Shown here: positions 50,483-63,368 of the stretch, piece by piece
How the letters are laid out: each line of letters begins with the position of its first letter
How positions within the stretch are numbered: the stretch's first letter is position 1
Assembly: GCF_006345805.1 (NCBI RefSeq)
Contig: NC_042997.1
Span: 32,798,001 to 32,862,000, forward strand
Origin: Octopus sinensis
Lineage: Eukaryota
Direction of reading: 5' to 3'
DNA length: 64,000 nt
Position numbers and translations under genes: made by a program
The notes under the pieces: model-generated
Told to the model about the DNA's origin: nothing
Databases searched by the model: none
Seen by the model: only the letters and a program-made list of their open reading frames with translations

Positions 50483-50548
50483 AGTTTTCTGGATTTCAGC
50501 ACCTTTAAAGTATGAGCACATTGAATCCATATAATATCCAATCTTTTT
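50483..50548 (-). CDS. PSAP: Prosaposin exon D1b (KKIGYYMDSMCSYFKGAEIQKT)
   Basis: 66 nt, ctttcag/gtgagt; supplies Cys3 at the expected spacing. Confidence 0.85.
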
Positions 50549-51004
50549 CTGAAAGAGAAAAATTAAAGCAATTATTAAAAAATATTTACATTACCCAATC
50601 CAATGTATAACTTTATTTCAAAATCTTTTCTTTTGAATGTGTGTGTGTGTGTGTCTGTGTGTGTGAGTATATTTCCATTCTAAAATAGGTGTGATTATTG
50701 TTATTTGCTATATGAATATATGTATTCTATTAAAACAATTGTAGTTGATACCTACTATACTTCTAAAAGCTCAACCCTAAAACAGCAGCAGAGCATGTCA
50801 GTCAGAAAGACCAAGGCAAGCATCATCATTGTGAGCCTTGCTTAGTTGGACAACAATGGCTTGAACAAGGCTTGAACTTATGATTATGAGGTTATAAGTC
50901 CAGCTATATATTTAACTACGTATTTCAACTACATATTTAATGCTTCTGAGATTTTAAAAAAAAAAGACAATGAAGTAATTATTGTAGCAATAATAAAAAA
51001 AATG

Positions 51005-51397
51005 GCCGTGTGGTAAGTAGCTTGTCTACCAACCACATGATTCCGGGTTCAGTCCCACTGTGTGGCACCTTGGGCAAGTGTCTTCTACTAAAGCCTCGGG
51101 CCGACCAAAGCCTTGTGAGTGGATTTGGTAGACAGAAACTGAAAGAAGCCCAACGTATATATGTATATATATATATATATATGCATGTGTGTGTTTGTGT
51201 GTCTGTGTTTGTCCCCTAGCATTGCTTGACAACCGATGCTGGTGTGTTTATGTCCCCGTTACTTAGCGGTTCGGCAAAAGAGACCGATGGAATAAGTACT
51301 GGGCTTACAAAACAATAAGTCCCGGGGTCGAGTTGCTCGATTAAAGGCGGTGCTCCAGCATGGCCACAGTCAAATGACTGAAACAAGTAAAAGAGAG
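51005..51397 (+). mobile_element. SINE S1
   Basis: Near full-length copy. Confidence 0.9.
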
Positions 51398-52127
51398 AGC
51401 AACCCAGTATTCAGTCTAACACCAATATTGAGTGGGTTCAGATCACAACTAACTTCTGATCAACGTACCTCTGAGCAAATATCATTCTCAAAAATGAGGC
51501 CTTTCTTTGACTGCCTGTCTTCACTCATACACTGCAAATGGTCAAGCCAGTGTAACTGACCACCTTTGAAAACCTACACAATATCTAAATAGACCAAAAT
51601 AGTTTCATCTGTTTTTTAACATTAATTTTTGTTTTTTTAGTTGCATAGAGTAAAGCCATCTAATCATGGAATTTCATTAGAGGTTTGTTACTACATGGCA
51701 ATGATAATGTGTTTGCAACCCAGGGGGCTGAAGCTTCACTTGAAATTTAGTAACATCAAGTAGATGACAAATACGGGCTTCGCTTTGTGCCAATAGAACA
51801 TCCGTTCATCTGTGATTAATAACATTCCCAGAATTACAGGAACCAAATCTCAATGGCTAAACTGTCTTACCTAAGAAGCATGACAAAAAAAGTTCTTTGT
51901 AGATGTAAACTCCCTTCATGATTTGGTAAGCCATGTCATAGTAGAAATCAAAATATTACATCTCATCTATTATCTAAGCATTATTTCGATAAGAGAAAAA
52001 ATATATATCAACTTCTTGAAAGCTGAGAGACAACATGAAGTCTGGTGGAATCGAAGTTTAAAATATCGAGCAATCTAAATATTATAAAGCATTTTACCAT
52101 TTTTGTCATCTTACTGCACTATCTTAA

Positions 52128-52449
52128 AGACTCCGCCGGTTACGACGACGAGGGTCCCAGCTGATACGATCAACGGAACAGCTTGCTCGTGAAATTAACG
52201 TGCAAATGGCTGAGCATTCCACAGACACGTGTACCCTTAACGTAGTTCTCGGGGATAATCAGCGTGACACAGAGAGTGACAAGGCTGACCCTTTGAAATA
52301 CAAGTACAACTCATTTTTGCCAGCTGAGTGGACTGGAGCAACGTGAAATAAAGTGTCTTGCTCAAGGACACAACGCGTCGCCGGGAATCGAACTCACAAC
52401 CTTACGATCATGAGCCGAATGCCCTAACCACTAAGCCACGCGCCCTCAC
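52128..52449 (-). mobile_element. tRNA-headed SINE family S4b
   Basis: Minus-strand head TGGCTTAGTGGTTAGG...GAGTTCGATTCCC; shares about 180 bp with the 41452 copy. Confidence 0.85.
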
Positions 52450-52550
52450 ACTGCACTATACAATGAATATATTAATACCAATTAATAATGTTAAATAAAA
52501 TGACAGACTTTTCTTTTAGCAGGAATGAGAATGAGGTTTTAAATTCATAC

Positions 52551-52622
52551 CATTTCAATCTTATTCTCCTTTAGTTTCTCAGCTCCAATAATGAAAGATT
52601 CACAAACGGAACAAGTTTCAGC
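52551..52622 (-). CDS. PSAP: Prosaposin exon D1a (AETCSVCESFIIGAEKLKENKIEM)
   Basis: 72 nt, CxxC, caacag/gtatga, phase 0/0. Confidence 0.88.
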
Positions 52623-52801
52623 CTGTTGACAGAAAAGAAAAATGGAACTTACAACATTTACAACAATTATTCAAACAACAATGTCCCCACCTATTTTTGT
52701 GTGAAGACTTATTCACTTCCTGTGCGTATTCTATGTACTGTTCATACAGTCCTGGTTATTTTAAAAACTTTACATTGTTACCAGTACTCCTTGATAGATA
52801 A

Positions 52802-53016
52802 GCATCACGGCCTCGGCGACGCCGGCCGCATCACGGGCTCGGCTACGCCGGCCGCATCACGGGCTCGGCTACGCCGGCCGCATCACGGGCTCGGCTACGC
52901 CGGCCGCATCACGGGCTCAGCTACGCCAGTTGCATCACGGGCTCGGCGATGCCAGCCGCATCACGGGCTCAGCTACGCCAGTCGCATCACGGGCTCGGCG
53001 ACGCCGGTCGCATCAC
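52802..53016. repeat. GC/CpG-rich 26-bp minisatellite, 8 units
   Basis: Consensus GCATCACGGGCTCGGCTACGCCGGCC. Confidence 0.97.
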
Positions 53017-53140
53017 AGACTCTGATATTGATCACATTATGCAGAAAAATTGATTAATACTTCATTTACTAGACTAATGTAATTTGTTACAAAAAAAAAA
53101 AAATAAGCAATAATTTATAAATAAATGAAAATTCACCTAC

Positions 53141-53304
53141 TTTCTCAGGAAACTTCAGTTTCCCCCAAACTGTAGCACAATGTTCGATGGCTCCACATTC
53201 TTTAGCTTTAGCTACATGACTGCACCAGTAAGCTGGCCCCCATGTGCAATGGTTCTGGCCAACTAATGCAAAAGGTCGTCTAGTAGTACTGCCAAAAGCA
53301 CACC
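53141..53304 (-). CDS. PSAP: Prosaposin exon, saposin A-type domain (CAFGSTTRRPFALVGQNHCTWGPAYWCSHVAKAKECGAIEHCATVWGKLKFPEK)
   Basis: CTWGPxYWC...C...HC motif; tttttgtag acceptor, gtaggt donor; phase 1 in, phase 0 out. Confidence 0.93.
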
Positions 53305-53814
53305 CTACAAAAAGAGAAAAAAGAAAATAATCAATGAAATATCGTTATAACCAGTTGAGATTCTGTCTTACAAGTCACTTGATGACCCTGTCAGTGATGA
53401 TGCCTCATAAAAAGCACCCAACAGACTACGGAACCTGATGCGGCCTCTGATCTTGTCAAGCTGTTCAACTCATGCCAGCATGGAAAATGAACAGTAAATG
53501 TTGATGATGAATATAGAAGATATAACGAAACTGAGATTGCACAGATGACAAAATCACTGAGTTATGTATTTAACTGTGACTCCACTAATTAGGGTATCAA
53601 GTTCAAGTTTCATACTACAGTCTCTAATATAAACAATTATAGTCTGAATTAATTTTTTTTTTTTTTTTTTTTGCAAATTCTTTTACACACTTCATTTCGA
53701 TGTGCTTTTATTCAGCATGAGTAAATACAATTCCAACATGTGTGTGTGCTGAGCATTATCACTCTTGTATATCAACTATCACCTTTTTGTTCTCAATGTT
53801 GTCATTTCACTTAA

Positions 53815-54034
53815 CCCTTTTGTTACTGTATTTATTTTGAGATGCTCTGTATTTCTTTCAATTACTTTAAGCATAATAAAGAATTTAGTAAAATAACTTA
53901 GTTATCATTCAGCTAGTGTTAGGAACATAAATTGAGACTAAGGTTTGGTGGAAGATTTTAATTCAAAACTTATGAAGACAAGACATTTGTACTCAGAGCC
54001 AGAGCCGGTTTTGGCCGGGTTGGTAACAAAAGGG
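53815..54034. mobile_element. piggyBac-like MITE P2
   Basis: Near-identical to 12976..13195; TTAA flanks. Confidence 0.88.
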
Positions 54035-54861
54035 TTAAGCAGTTTGTTTTTTTCAATTATGAAAGCCGAGTAAGACAGCTGCACTGACGATAATTACACT
54101 GTACAAGAATCCAAGGATACTAAACTAAGAGATTTATAAGAATACATCAAGTCTAAGAAATTAGGTAAAATAATGAATTGAAAATCATTCAATGATGAAT
54201 ACATATATAAAAGAGTCAATACAGTAAGACTCTGCACATAATGCTTATGGTAAGGAATTTGTATGTATATAATAATAATAATGACATTTTTGTATACAGT
54301 GCTCAGGTGCACCACAACTTGTCAGAAAGTGCATATAAAGTACATGCAGTAATGTAAAAATGTCTGGAAAGCAAACAATGTATGAGTCAGATACATGCTT
54401 GTGTGTGTATGGAGGGGAGAAAATCAGGTGTAGTGTTGGCGAATCTCAGAAAGCATGGAAGAAGATTATACATCCAACAGTTGTTCTAATACTAAATTGA
54501 AGTTTAAAAAAATTGGTATAAGTTAGAAATGGCCTTCAATAATACTTAAGTCTACCTAATCAGAGGGATATGACAACTAAGATAATAAAGTAAAAGCAAG
54601 ACTTAAATTTTCTATTTGACAAAAATAAAAAAAAGTTGGTTTTTTTTTTTTTTTTTTCGCATACAAGTTTGTCAGAAGGTGAATTATTTACTCATTTATG
54701 CAACTAAAAATAACAATGAAACTGCTAATTTAATTCATATGCCAAAGGGGAGTAAAAAAAATTACCCCTTCTTCAACCCTACAAACATTCAAAATATGTT
54801 TGTGTGCTGAAATTTCAGTTTATGTGAGAAACTTTCAGCATAATCATATACGTACATACAT

Positions 54862-54863
<2 letters not shown>

Positions 54864-54920
<57 letters not shown>
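54864..54920. repeat. (GT)n microsatellite
   Basis: About 28 perfect GT units. Confidence 0.97.
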
Positions 54921-54922
<2 letters not shown>

Positions 54923-55304
54923 TATATATACATACACACACACACATATATGATGTTTGTGTGTTTTATAAGTTTTGTGGTCAGAAGCACTAAACAATTT
55001 AATAATATATCAAGAATTTGAGAAAATAACTCCCCCACCCCACTGACAATAGTAATAACATAAGAGACAGATTGTCTATTGTATTTACTTTATATTGAAG
55101 GGGAAGGATAATTGACTGACAGTCACATGAGATTTTGTCATGTACTAAACAATGAAGAAGGACATAAGCATGGTGATTAATACTGAATAAAAAACTAAAA
55201 AATGGATATACATAGCAGCTGGTATGCATGTATACTCACACTATATTTCAGTAAAGAGGGTAACAAAAGTATAAGATACCAAAACAGGAGCACATTATTT
55301 TATT

Positions 55305-55655
55305 CTTTTACTTGTTTTAGTCAAATGACTGCAGCCATGCTGGAGCACTGCCTAAAAGAGTTTTTTTAGTTGAAGAAATTTGATCCCCAGCATTTATTCT
55401 TTGTAAGCTTAGTACTTATTCTATTGGTCTCTTTTGCTGAACCATTAAGTTACAGGGACATACATACACCAACACTGGTTGTGAAGCGATGGACAAATAC
55501 AGACATGACAGGCTTCTTTCAGTTTCCGTCCACCAAATCCACTCACAAAGCTTTGGTTGATTGAAGGCTACAGCAGATACTTGCCTAAGGAGCCACAGAG
55601 TGGGACCGAATCCCTGAACCATGTGGTTGGAAGCAAGCTTCTTACCACACAGCCA
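55305..55655 (-). mobile_element. SINE S1 (diverged)
   Basis: Inverted, decayed copy. Confidence 0.8.
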
Positions 55656-55665
55656 TCCACATTAA

Positions 55666-55862
55666 CCCTTTTGTTACTGTATTTATTTTGAGATGATCTG
55701 TGTTTCTTTCATTTACGTTAAATATAACAAAGAATTTAGTAAAACAACTTAGTTATCATTAAGCTAGTATTAGGAACATAAATTGTGACTAAGGTTTGGT
55801 GGAAAATTTTAATTCAAAACTTATGAAAACAGGACATTTCAGCCAGGTTGGTAACGAAAGGG
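55666..55862. mobile_element. piggyBac-like MITE P2 (small internal deletion)
   Basis: Same TIRs, TTAA flanks. Confidence 0.85.
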
Positions 55863-56312
55863 TTAAAACCTAGCAAAAACTTTTTCTTTTAATCATCAAG
55901 CATTACGTAAGACAAAATGTCATGTGGCTTTTTTTTTATGTGCAATAACAATCAAGAACTGGGTAAACAAGTGTTCTATAATGGCAGAGTACCAAGTAAT
56001 AACAGTAAAAATAAAGTAAAGCAATAAAAAAACAATGTTTTGTGTTCATGAATTGCTTTTGATGCCCATTTAGTCACAAGCAGAAATAGATACTCTCTCA
56101 AGCTTCCCATTCTTGACCTAGCGGAATACTGAAGATGTAACAGTCAGAGGGAGTGAAAGTTGTACCAGCACTCAGCTTGTACTAGCTGAGGAGACAGCAA
56201 CAACACAAAATGAAATATCTTGCTCAGTTATGTCACCTATATTATCTATATTACAATGAAGAAAGCAATTTAATTAGGTATTTAACAGTTACTAAAAGAA
56301 AGCAATTATTAA

Positions 56313-56532
56313 CCCTTTGGTGTTTAAGCTGGCCATATCCGGCCCAAATATCCTACATGTTTACATTCAAACTGGCTATATCTAACCCCTCACACCTAAC
56401 CTACATTGACATTCTAAGAATAAACTATCACACCATTGAAACTTCAAAGTTGTAAGATAATGTATGATTAATTGAAAATAATTTGAGTGAAAAAAGTATT
56501 ACATTTAACAGATTAATCTGAACACTAAAGGG
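56313..56532. mobile_element. piggyBac-like MITE P1
   Basis: Same TIRs, TTAA flanks. Confidence 0.85.
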
Positions 56533-57879
56533 TTAAAGGCTTGAGTGTCTGGAATTTTTTTAATAGATTCCTTATTCTAAGAAATTTCCTATAATTTTGA
56601 TTTCTGAAGTTTATTGAATATTTGAAATACAAGTTTTTTGCAAATTTAAATATTCATTGCATTCACTATGAAGTAGACTAATTTCTAATAAACAATATTA
56701 ATTTGTTGCAGGCGAAATTTTCAGTTTTTATTTGCAACAGTCTCTCTCCTCCCCTCTTTTTTCATTAAAGTTAATATATATTCATTTCAGGTTTAAATTC
56801 GCTACTTGCAAATGAGGCACAATTTCAAGATCAGTTTCCAGAGTTTGCTAAATGAATATTTTTGACAAAATAACACTGTAAGGTGCTAATAACTGTGTTA
56901 GCTGCTATTTCTAGCATGCTAAATGTAGTTTCGTTGCCTTGAATTTTGTTTAAATTAGAGATATTACAACTATAATTACTGAAAGAAATACTAAGCAAGC
57001 AAATTTTTTTATAAATTGAAATTTTAAGAAAATTTACTTTCTGAGCTTCCTTTTATTATTGAATATTTCAAGTTCACAAATTTAAACATTTTGTACAAGA
57101 TAGCTTTTAATGAGCTTTTATCTATACAATTTTTTTCATTTCATGTTTATTTCATTATTTGCTATGTTCTCTCATTCTCTCTCACTTACACATATGCACA
57201 CTCCAGGTTTGATTTCGTTATTACACAAATATCACATTAGAATTTTGCAATGTAAAACTATAAAAATTATTAGAATAGGGAATCAAATGTGAAAATATCA
57301 ATTGACCAGCAGAAAACTGCCCAGAGGGCAGCCTTTCTGCTAGTTTATCTAATAATTTTAAATTCAATAGAAAAAAAAAAAAACCTGACCAAAAGATTTT
57401 TAAGATTCAATTATCAAAAACTGAATTTCTATAATGACTACAAGCAACTTCTATTTATCAAATGGTGATAATATAAACTTCAGATGAACTAACAAAAAGA
57501 AACCAAATTAAAAAAACAAAGCAAGAAACATTCAATTTTAAAAGGAAATTGGAAGAAGATTAAAGCTAATCAGTTTACAAAGGAATCAAATCTCACCTTC
57601 CTTATCACATAAAGGGCAGATTTAACAGAAAAAAATTAATCTTATTAACTGAATGAAAAGAAAAAGAAATATAAAAATGTCAGATGGCCAAAACATTCAT
57701 CTTGTGACTGAAAATTGTCATTTGTGAAACCATCTGCCTTAAACAGGTGCAAAATTCAGTTGCATTGTATGCAAATGCACATTACTGAAGCAATTACAAT
57801 TCCTTGACAGACAAATGCTATTAATATTGTACAAAAAAGGACCAGAATTTGTTTAAAAACAAAGTGTTATTGCTTTACT

Positions 57880-58450
57880 TCTGGATAAAGAGTGATACGT
57901 AAGCAGGTGCTTCATCTTGGTACAGCATTCAGTTTTTTCTGTCCATGCCGCAGGACAACCAAGTAAAGCTCTTTACTGATAGCTTGACTATGTGGAACAA
58001 TATCATAATGAATGTTCTTTCAGTAAGAAAGAAAGCAAAAAAATTGACAATACCTTCACACTTAAGTAGCTCTTATATTTTTAGATGCAGTGACGACAAT
58101 CCAGCCCATTACGATGACCACTTTTTTTTTGTATTGATATCGTAGCTTTACACCCATATTTTGTCATGTGTTATATTTTTCAAATAGTTATCACAATAGT
58201 CTAACTATCAAACAGCCCCTGACTGATTGTGCCTCAATTCTATATTTGCAACAAGATGATGATGCTTCAATTTTTCTTTTAAAATCCTGAGGTACAAACA
58301 TTTTACTAATGCTCTTCTATTCTGAGCATTTCCTGAACAGTAAGGTAAGGATTTTCACAGATCACTGCACATATTTTTACAATGTGATCATTTTCGGAAG
58401 ATGTTTTCTCCAATTTCAAATGCTGGAAATACTCATGACACTGAGCACAG
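57880..58450 (-). mobile_element. Heavily decayed mariner transposase remnant
   Basis: Minus-strand fragments FVP, WV*SYDINTK, VK(V)L..F, LYQDEAPAY resemble mariner WVPxxL/WVYGYD/HHDNAPAH motifs; many stops. Confidence 0.55.
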
Positions 58451-58561
58451 TTAAAAACAAAACTTGTCATAATTTGAAATAAAATTTCAAAAACTCATTT
58501 TCATCTTATAAACCAGAAAACAAGGTCCAGAAGATGAAAAAGCCAAAAAAAAACAAGGTCA

Positions 58562-58800
58562 GTTGAATGATCTTCAGATCAGGGGTGCATGTGGTGTTAT
58601 GAGCCAGACTGTGTTGTGAGGAAGGACCAGAAATGAGGGAGTACACACGCCCTGTCAGAAGTGGGGCCTGTGGGTCCCACCAGAAGGTCAGTGAGGTGCG
58701 AGCGGTCAGTTGGCAGTGTATGAGAGCAGACCTAGACAGAATGGCAACAGATAGAGCATGTGGATGTTGTTAGCAACTCCTCCCACATAGACGGTACAGC
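58562..58800 (+). mobile_element. Orphan partial LTR copy of the same family
   Basis: Matches 60444..60700, including 28 nt upstream of the LTR start. Confidence 0.85.
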
Positions 58801-58997
58801 ATCAGACAGCACAATCTGACAACACAACTTTGATGCAAGTCTGATGAAGTGCTCCCCTGTCTAAAACTGCAAACATTACGTAAATTCTCATTTGGAATTT
58901 TTGCATAAAGTGGCATTGCAAAAATAGTTGGGGCAGAAACAATTGTAATGAATCATTAAAGATGTGTTACAGGATTTTCTTTGTCATCTTTTCATTG

Positions 58998-60781
58998 TGT
59001 GGTGTTATGAGCCAGGCTGTGTTGTATGGAAGAATCAGAAGTACGCATGTCCGGTCGGAAGAGGGGTCTGTGGGTCCCACCGGAAAGGCCACGGTGGGCA
59101 TGTGGGATCAACAAGGTGCGAGCGGTCAGTTGGCAGTGGACAGCATACGAGAACAGACCTGTTAGACGGTACGGTGGCAGACAGAGCACATGGATGTTGT
59201 GAGTGACCCTTCCAGATTGACAGGTAAGGCTACTGTAATTCTCTCCCTGCCTCCATCTTTTCATCCTTCACATCACAAGCTATTTCAGCTAGAGAAAAAA
59301 AATGATGGGTATGGTCTGCATTTTGAACGAGATGGTTAGACCATTTTGCATCGAGGGAGAAGTCACCGCTTGGTTGAAGAAAAATTAAGTTGGTGGCAAG
59401 ACTCCATGGTATAGATGGAGCAAAGAGTGACTGCAGTGTGTCAACTGAGTGACTCGGAGCTGAGGAGACTGCATACCAAACATCACATAGTGGTGGACAG
59501 GAGACTGTTCCTAGCCAGGTAAGTTGACTGACATGACCAGGCTGAGTGTGCAGAGAGTAGTTGGGAGCTGCGACAGGTGCTCGTCCATTGACCCCACTCT
59601 GGGTGTGCATGAGGCAGGAAGCATTCCAGTGGAACACAACTGGAAATGACTGGCAGTGGATGTGACTCACTGCCGGCTGGGGACATACCTCTTGATGGTC
59701 GACTGCGGACTGGGGTAGTTACTCATATGGAGGGAGATGAAGATGGGGACCGCAGAGGAAATCACAAGAATACTGAGATATTCCTAGAACGAGATCCTGT
59801 GGATGAGTTACTTGTGGGCAATGGCACTGCGTTTTGCTCAGAGCTGCTGAGGGAAATGCTTGACAAGTGGTATGTTAGCTGTTTCTTCAGGACAGCATAC
59901 CGGCCAAGTGGCAATGAGGTTGTTGAGAGGTGTCATCACACCATCAAGACCATAGCAGAGAGAGGCCACATCCGTTTTTTTGGTATGTTACCCAGGTCGG
60001 GACAGGTGTAGGAGTCAGTGCCACACAGGGTAATATTCAAGTACAAGTGGAGATATCCATGTACAGCATCGCTGCAACTTGCATAAGAGAAAGAGCATGC
60101 CTTTGTGCAGGTCAGGGAAGAAGCCTAGGTTAAATCCCCAAATGCATGGTGCACATCACAATGGGGAAAGGGGACAATAACATCCATAAATTTGAGGAAC
60201 AATGTGTCCATAGTTGCATGCCATGTCATGTTTTGGACGTGCACAGGATCATCAATGCGTCAGAGGATGGAGCCAACAGTAATGGACAAGATGACAAAGC
60301 CAGCAGCAACATGCCAGGGACTGAGGCCAGTCCTGAAGTCCCACAGAGGTTGCAGAGGGAGCGGTATCCTCCTCACTGGTTGGTTGATTACAAGGCAAGT
60401 TAAAGCGTGTGATCAGGGTTGAGGAGAGGGTGTGGGCAGGTTGGTTGAATGATCTTCAGATCAGGGGTGCATGTGGTGTTATGAGCCAGACTGTGTTGTA
60501 AGGAAGGACCAGAAATGAGGGAGTACGCATATCCTGTCAGAAGTGGGGCCTGTGGGTCCCACCAGGTCAGTGAGGCGTGAGCGGTCAGTTGGCAGTGTAT
60601 GAGAGCAGACCTAGATGGTACGGCAACAGATAGAGCATGTGGATGTTGTGAGCAATACCTTCCAGATAGACGGTACAGCAGCAGACAGAGCACATGGACG
60701 TTGTGAGTGACCCTTCCACATAGACAGATAAGACTACCGTAATTCTCTAGCTGCTTCAGTCTTTTCCTCCTTCACAATACA
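58998..60781 (+). mobile_element. Internally deleted LTR retrotransposon with integrase remnant
   Basis: LTRs 58998..59277 and 60472..60781 (TG...CA); CATTG duplicated at 58993..58997 and 60782..60786; DELLVGNGTAFCSE...PSGNEVVERCHHTIK. Confidence 0.85.
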
Positions 60782-62072
60782 CATTGGATTATTTACTCTT
60801 CGCCAAACCCATTATACAGTGTAATCACTGTGAAACTTGGATTTTCTACATCTTTGGCCTGGAACCCGACAATGTTGACAGCCCAGTATGCGGGTTGGGT
60901 GCTTCTTTGGAAATACCCTAACTTCACACCTGACGTGTGTGTGTGTGCTGGGCTTGAGAAGAGCTGTCAAGTGAAATTGTAGTTGTGGTTGATGCCAGTG
61001 TCATTTAACTGGCACGTAAAAAGCACCCATTACACTCTTGGAGTGGTTGGCGTTAGGAAGGGCATCCAGCCGTAGAAACCATGTCAAATCAGATTAGAAC
61101 CCGGTGTAGTCCTACAGCTTACCAGTTTCAGTCTAACTGTCTAACCCACGCCAACATGGAAAGCAGATACTAAATGATGATATATATATATATATATATA
61201 TATATAACCTCAAAGGTAATTCTAGGTTTAATTAACAGATTTTATTGCCATATCGTATTTCACAACAGCCTCTGCTCTTTTCTACAATAAACAGACATGT
61301 CTCCCACCTAAATTATACCCAGAGTAAGACTATTAAACACCAAACTCCTTCAGTTTGATTTAAAAAACCTGTAGTGGTAACATCATGAATAAAGTTGCAT
61401 GGATACATATACCCTGGATGAAATAATAATGTATTTAAACCAATAGGCTGCAACATCTTAGGACATCTAAGCAGCAGAAACAAGCACCAGAAACATGAGT
61501 GTAGTGGGTGCTTTTTACATGCCACCGGCACAGGTGCCAGACGGGGCTGACAAACGGCCACGGTCGGATGGTGTTTTTTACGTGCCACCGGCACGGGGGC
61601 CAGGCAAGGCTGGCAACGGCCACGATTCGGATGGTGCTTTTTACGTGCCACCGGCACGGGGGCCATGTTTTTAAATGGCTAATATAGCTCTGCCACTGCT
61701 TATAGTTGTGATCTATCAAGTGAATATCAGCCAAATTAAAAAATATTTTTGTTGTTTTTGTAGAATCTCAGAAAATAATTAAAAATTCACATTTTTTATC
61801 AAATTATTTTGTTATATTTGTCGTGAATGGAATGTATACAATACTGTGATAAACGAGCTTTTGAGGATGTGTAATTATATTTTTAATGTCTTGTATGTGT
61901 ACACACACACACACACATTTTATATGTTTATCTATTTATGTCTATCAGGCAGACTGGCCATTAAGCAAATTTCAAACAATTGCAGTGGAATAGTTACAGT
62001 GGCCAGACAACACTAGCATACTGGAAATTTTGAAACTCCAAGTAGTAAAAGTAAAGTGAATTTAACAGTTTT

Positions 62073-62335
62073 TCATCATCATCATCATCATCATTTAGCA
62101 TCCGCTTTCCATGCTAGCATGGGTTGGACGGTTCAACTGGGGTCTGGGAAGCCAGAAGGCTGCACCAGGCCCAGTCTGATCTGGCAATGTTTCTACGGCT
62201 GGATGCCCTTCCTAACGCCAACCACTCCGTGAGTGTAGTGGGTGCTTTTTACGTGCCACTGGCACAGGTGCCAGGCGAGGCTGGCAACGGCCACGATCGG
62301 ATGGTGCTTTTTACGAGCCACCGGCACAGGGGCCA
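62073..62335 (-). mobile_element. Retroelement S3
   Basis: Inverted copy. Confidence 0.85.
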
Positions 62336-63072
62336 TGTTTTTAAATGGCTAATATAGCTCTGCCACTGCTTATAGTTGTGATTTATCAAGTGAATATCAG
62401 CCAAGGTATCTAGTTTGAATTAGGTGAATTTTACTTAAGGTTAAATTCTTGATTGTCCAGTGTTGAATACATATAATTTCTAATTATTTTTCAATTTTAC
62501 ATTAAAAAAAAAAAAAAAAAAAACAATGGGCTATAGCTGTGCACAGTTAAGAAGTCTGCTTCTCAACTATGTGGTTTCAGGTTCAGTTCCACTGCAGGAC
62601 ACTGGGCAAGTGTCTTTTATAACCTTGGGCCAACCCCAAAACCTTGTGAATGGATTTAGAAACTGAAAGAACCCCAATATGTGTGTGTGGATGGGTGAGT
62701 ACGTTGATAGGTAGGTGGGTAGATTGTGTGTGTGTGTGTATGAAGGTGTACGTTTGTGCTTATGATGAAAGGGTTTCCAAGTATAACCATGCTAGTCTTT
62801 GATAGTGTACCAAGAAACACGCCCTTCAATGTGTCCTTTTCCAGATTGTATTGTGTAATTTAAGAGAGTTTGGGGTATTAATTGCAGCAAGTTAAAGGCC
62901 CATGTTGAATTGTAGCAAATTGATAGCATTGAGTAAAAGAAATCAACCACAAAGTCAATTTCCACGTGGAATTGATCCCCTGTAAAGACAGTATAATTTT
63001 GAATCATTTGAGCACTATTAAGTCTCTTCTATACTAAGAATCTCTGGATATCATCAGTTTAAAAAAAAATTT

Positions 63073-63334
63073 TTTTACTTGTTTCAGTCATTTGACTGCG
63101 GCCATGCTGGAGCACCGCCTTTAGTCGAGCAAATCGACCCCAGGACTTATTCTTTATAAGCCCAGTACTTATTCTATCGGTCTCTATTGCCGAACCGCTA
63201 AGTGACGGGGACGTAAACACACCAGCATCGGTTGTCAAGCAATGCTAGGGGGACAAACACATACATACACACACATGGAAGGAAAACGTTAAACGATGAT
63301 GATGATGATGATGATGTATGTTGGGTTTGGTAAG

Positions 63335-63368
<34 letters not shown>

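Larger units (their letters stand above)
246..53304 (-). other. PSAP: Prosaposin-like multi-saposin gene span (partial at both ends)
   Basis: 24 GT-AG exons join in one frame (2357 nt) and give a SapA motif plus seven C-x2-C-x27/29-C-x9/11-C-x24-C-x5-C domains (the last incomplete). Confidence 0.93.

Noticed and set aside
52370-52449. tRNA gene
   Set aside because: A/B boxes are present but there is no complete acceptor stem, and it is fused to a repeated SINE body; the same applies to the other SINE heads
52802-53016. CRISPR-like array
   Set aside because: Contiguous repeats with no unique spacers, no cas genes, and a eukaryotic intron context
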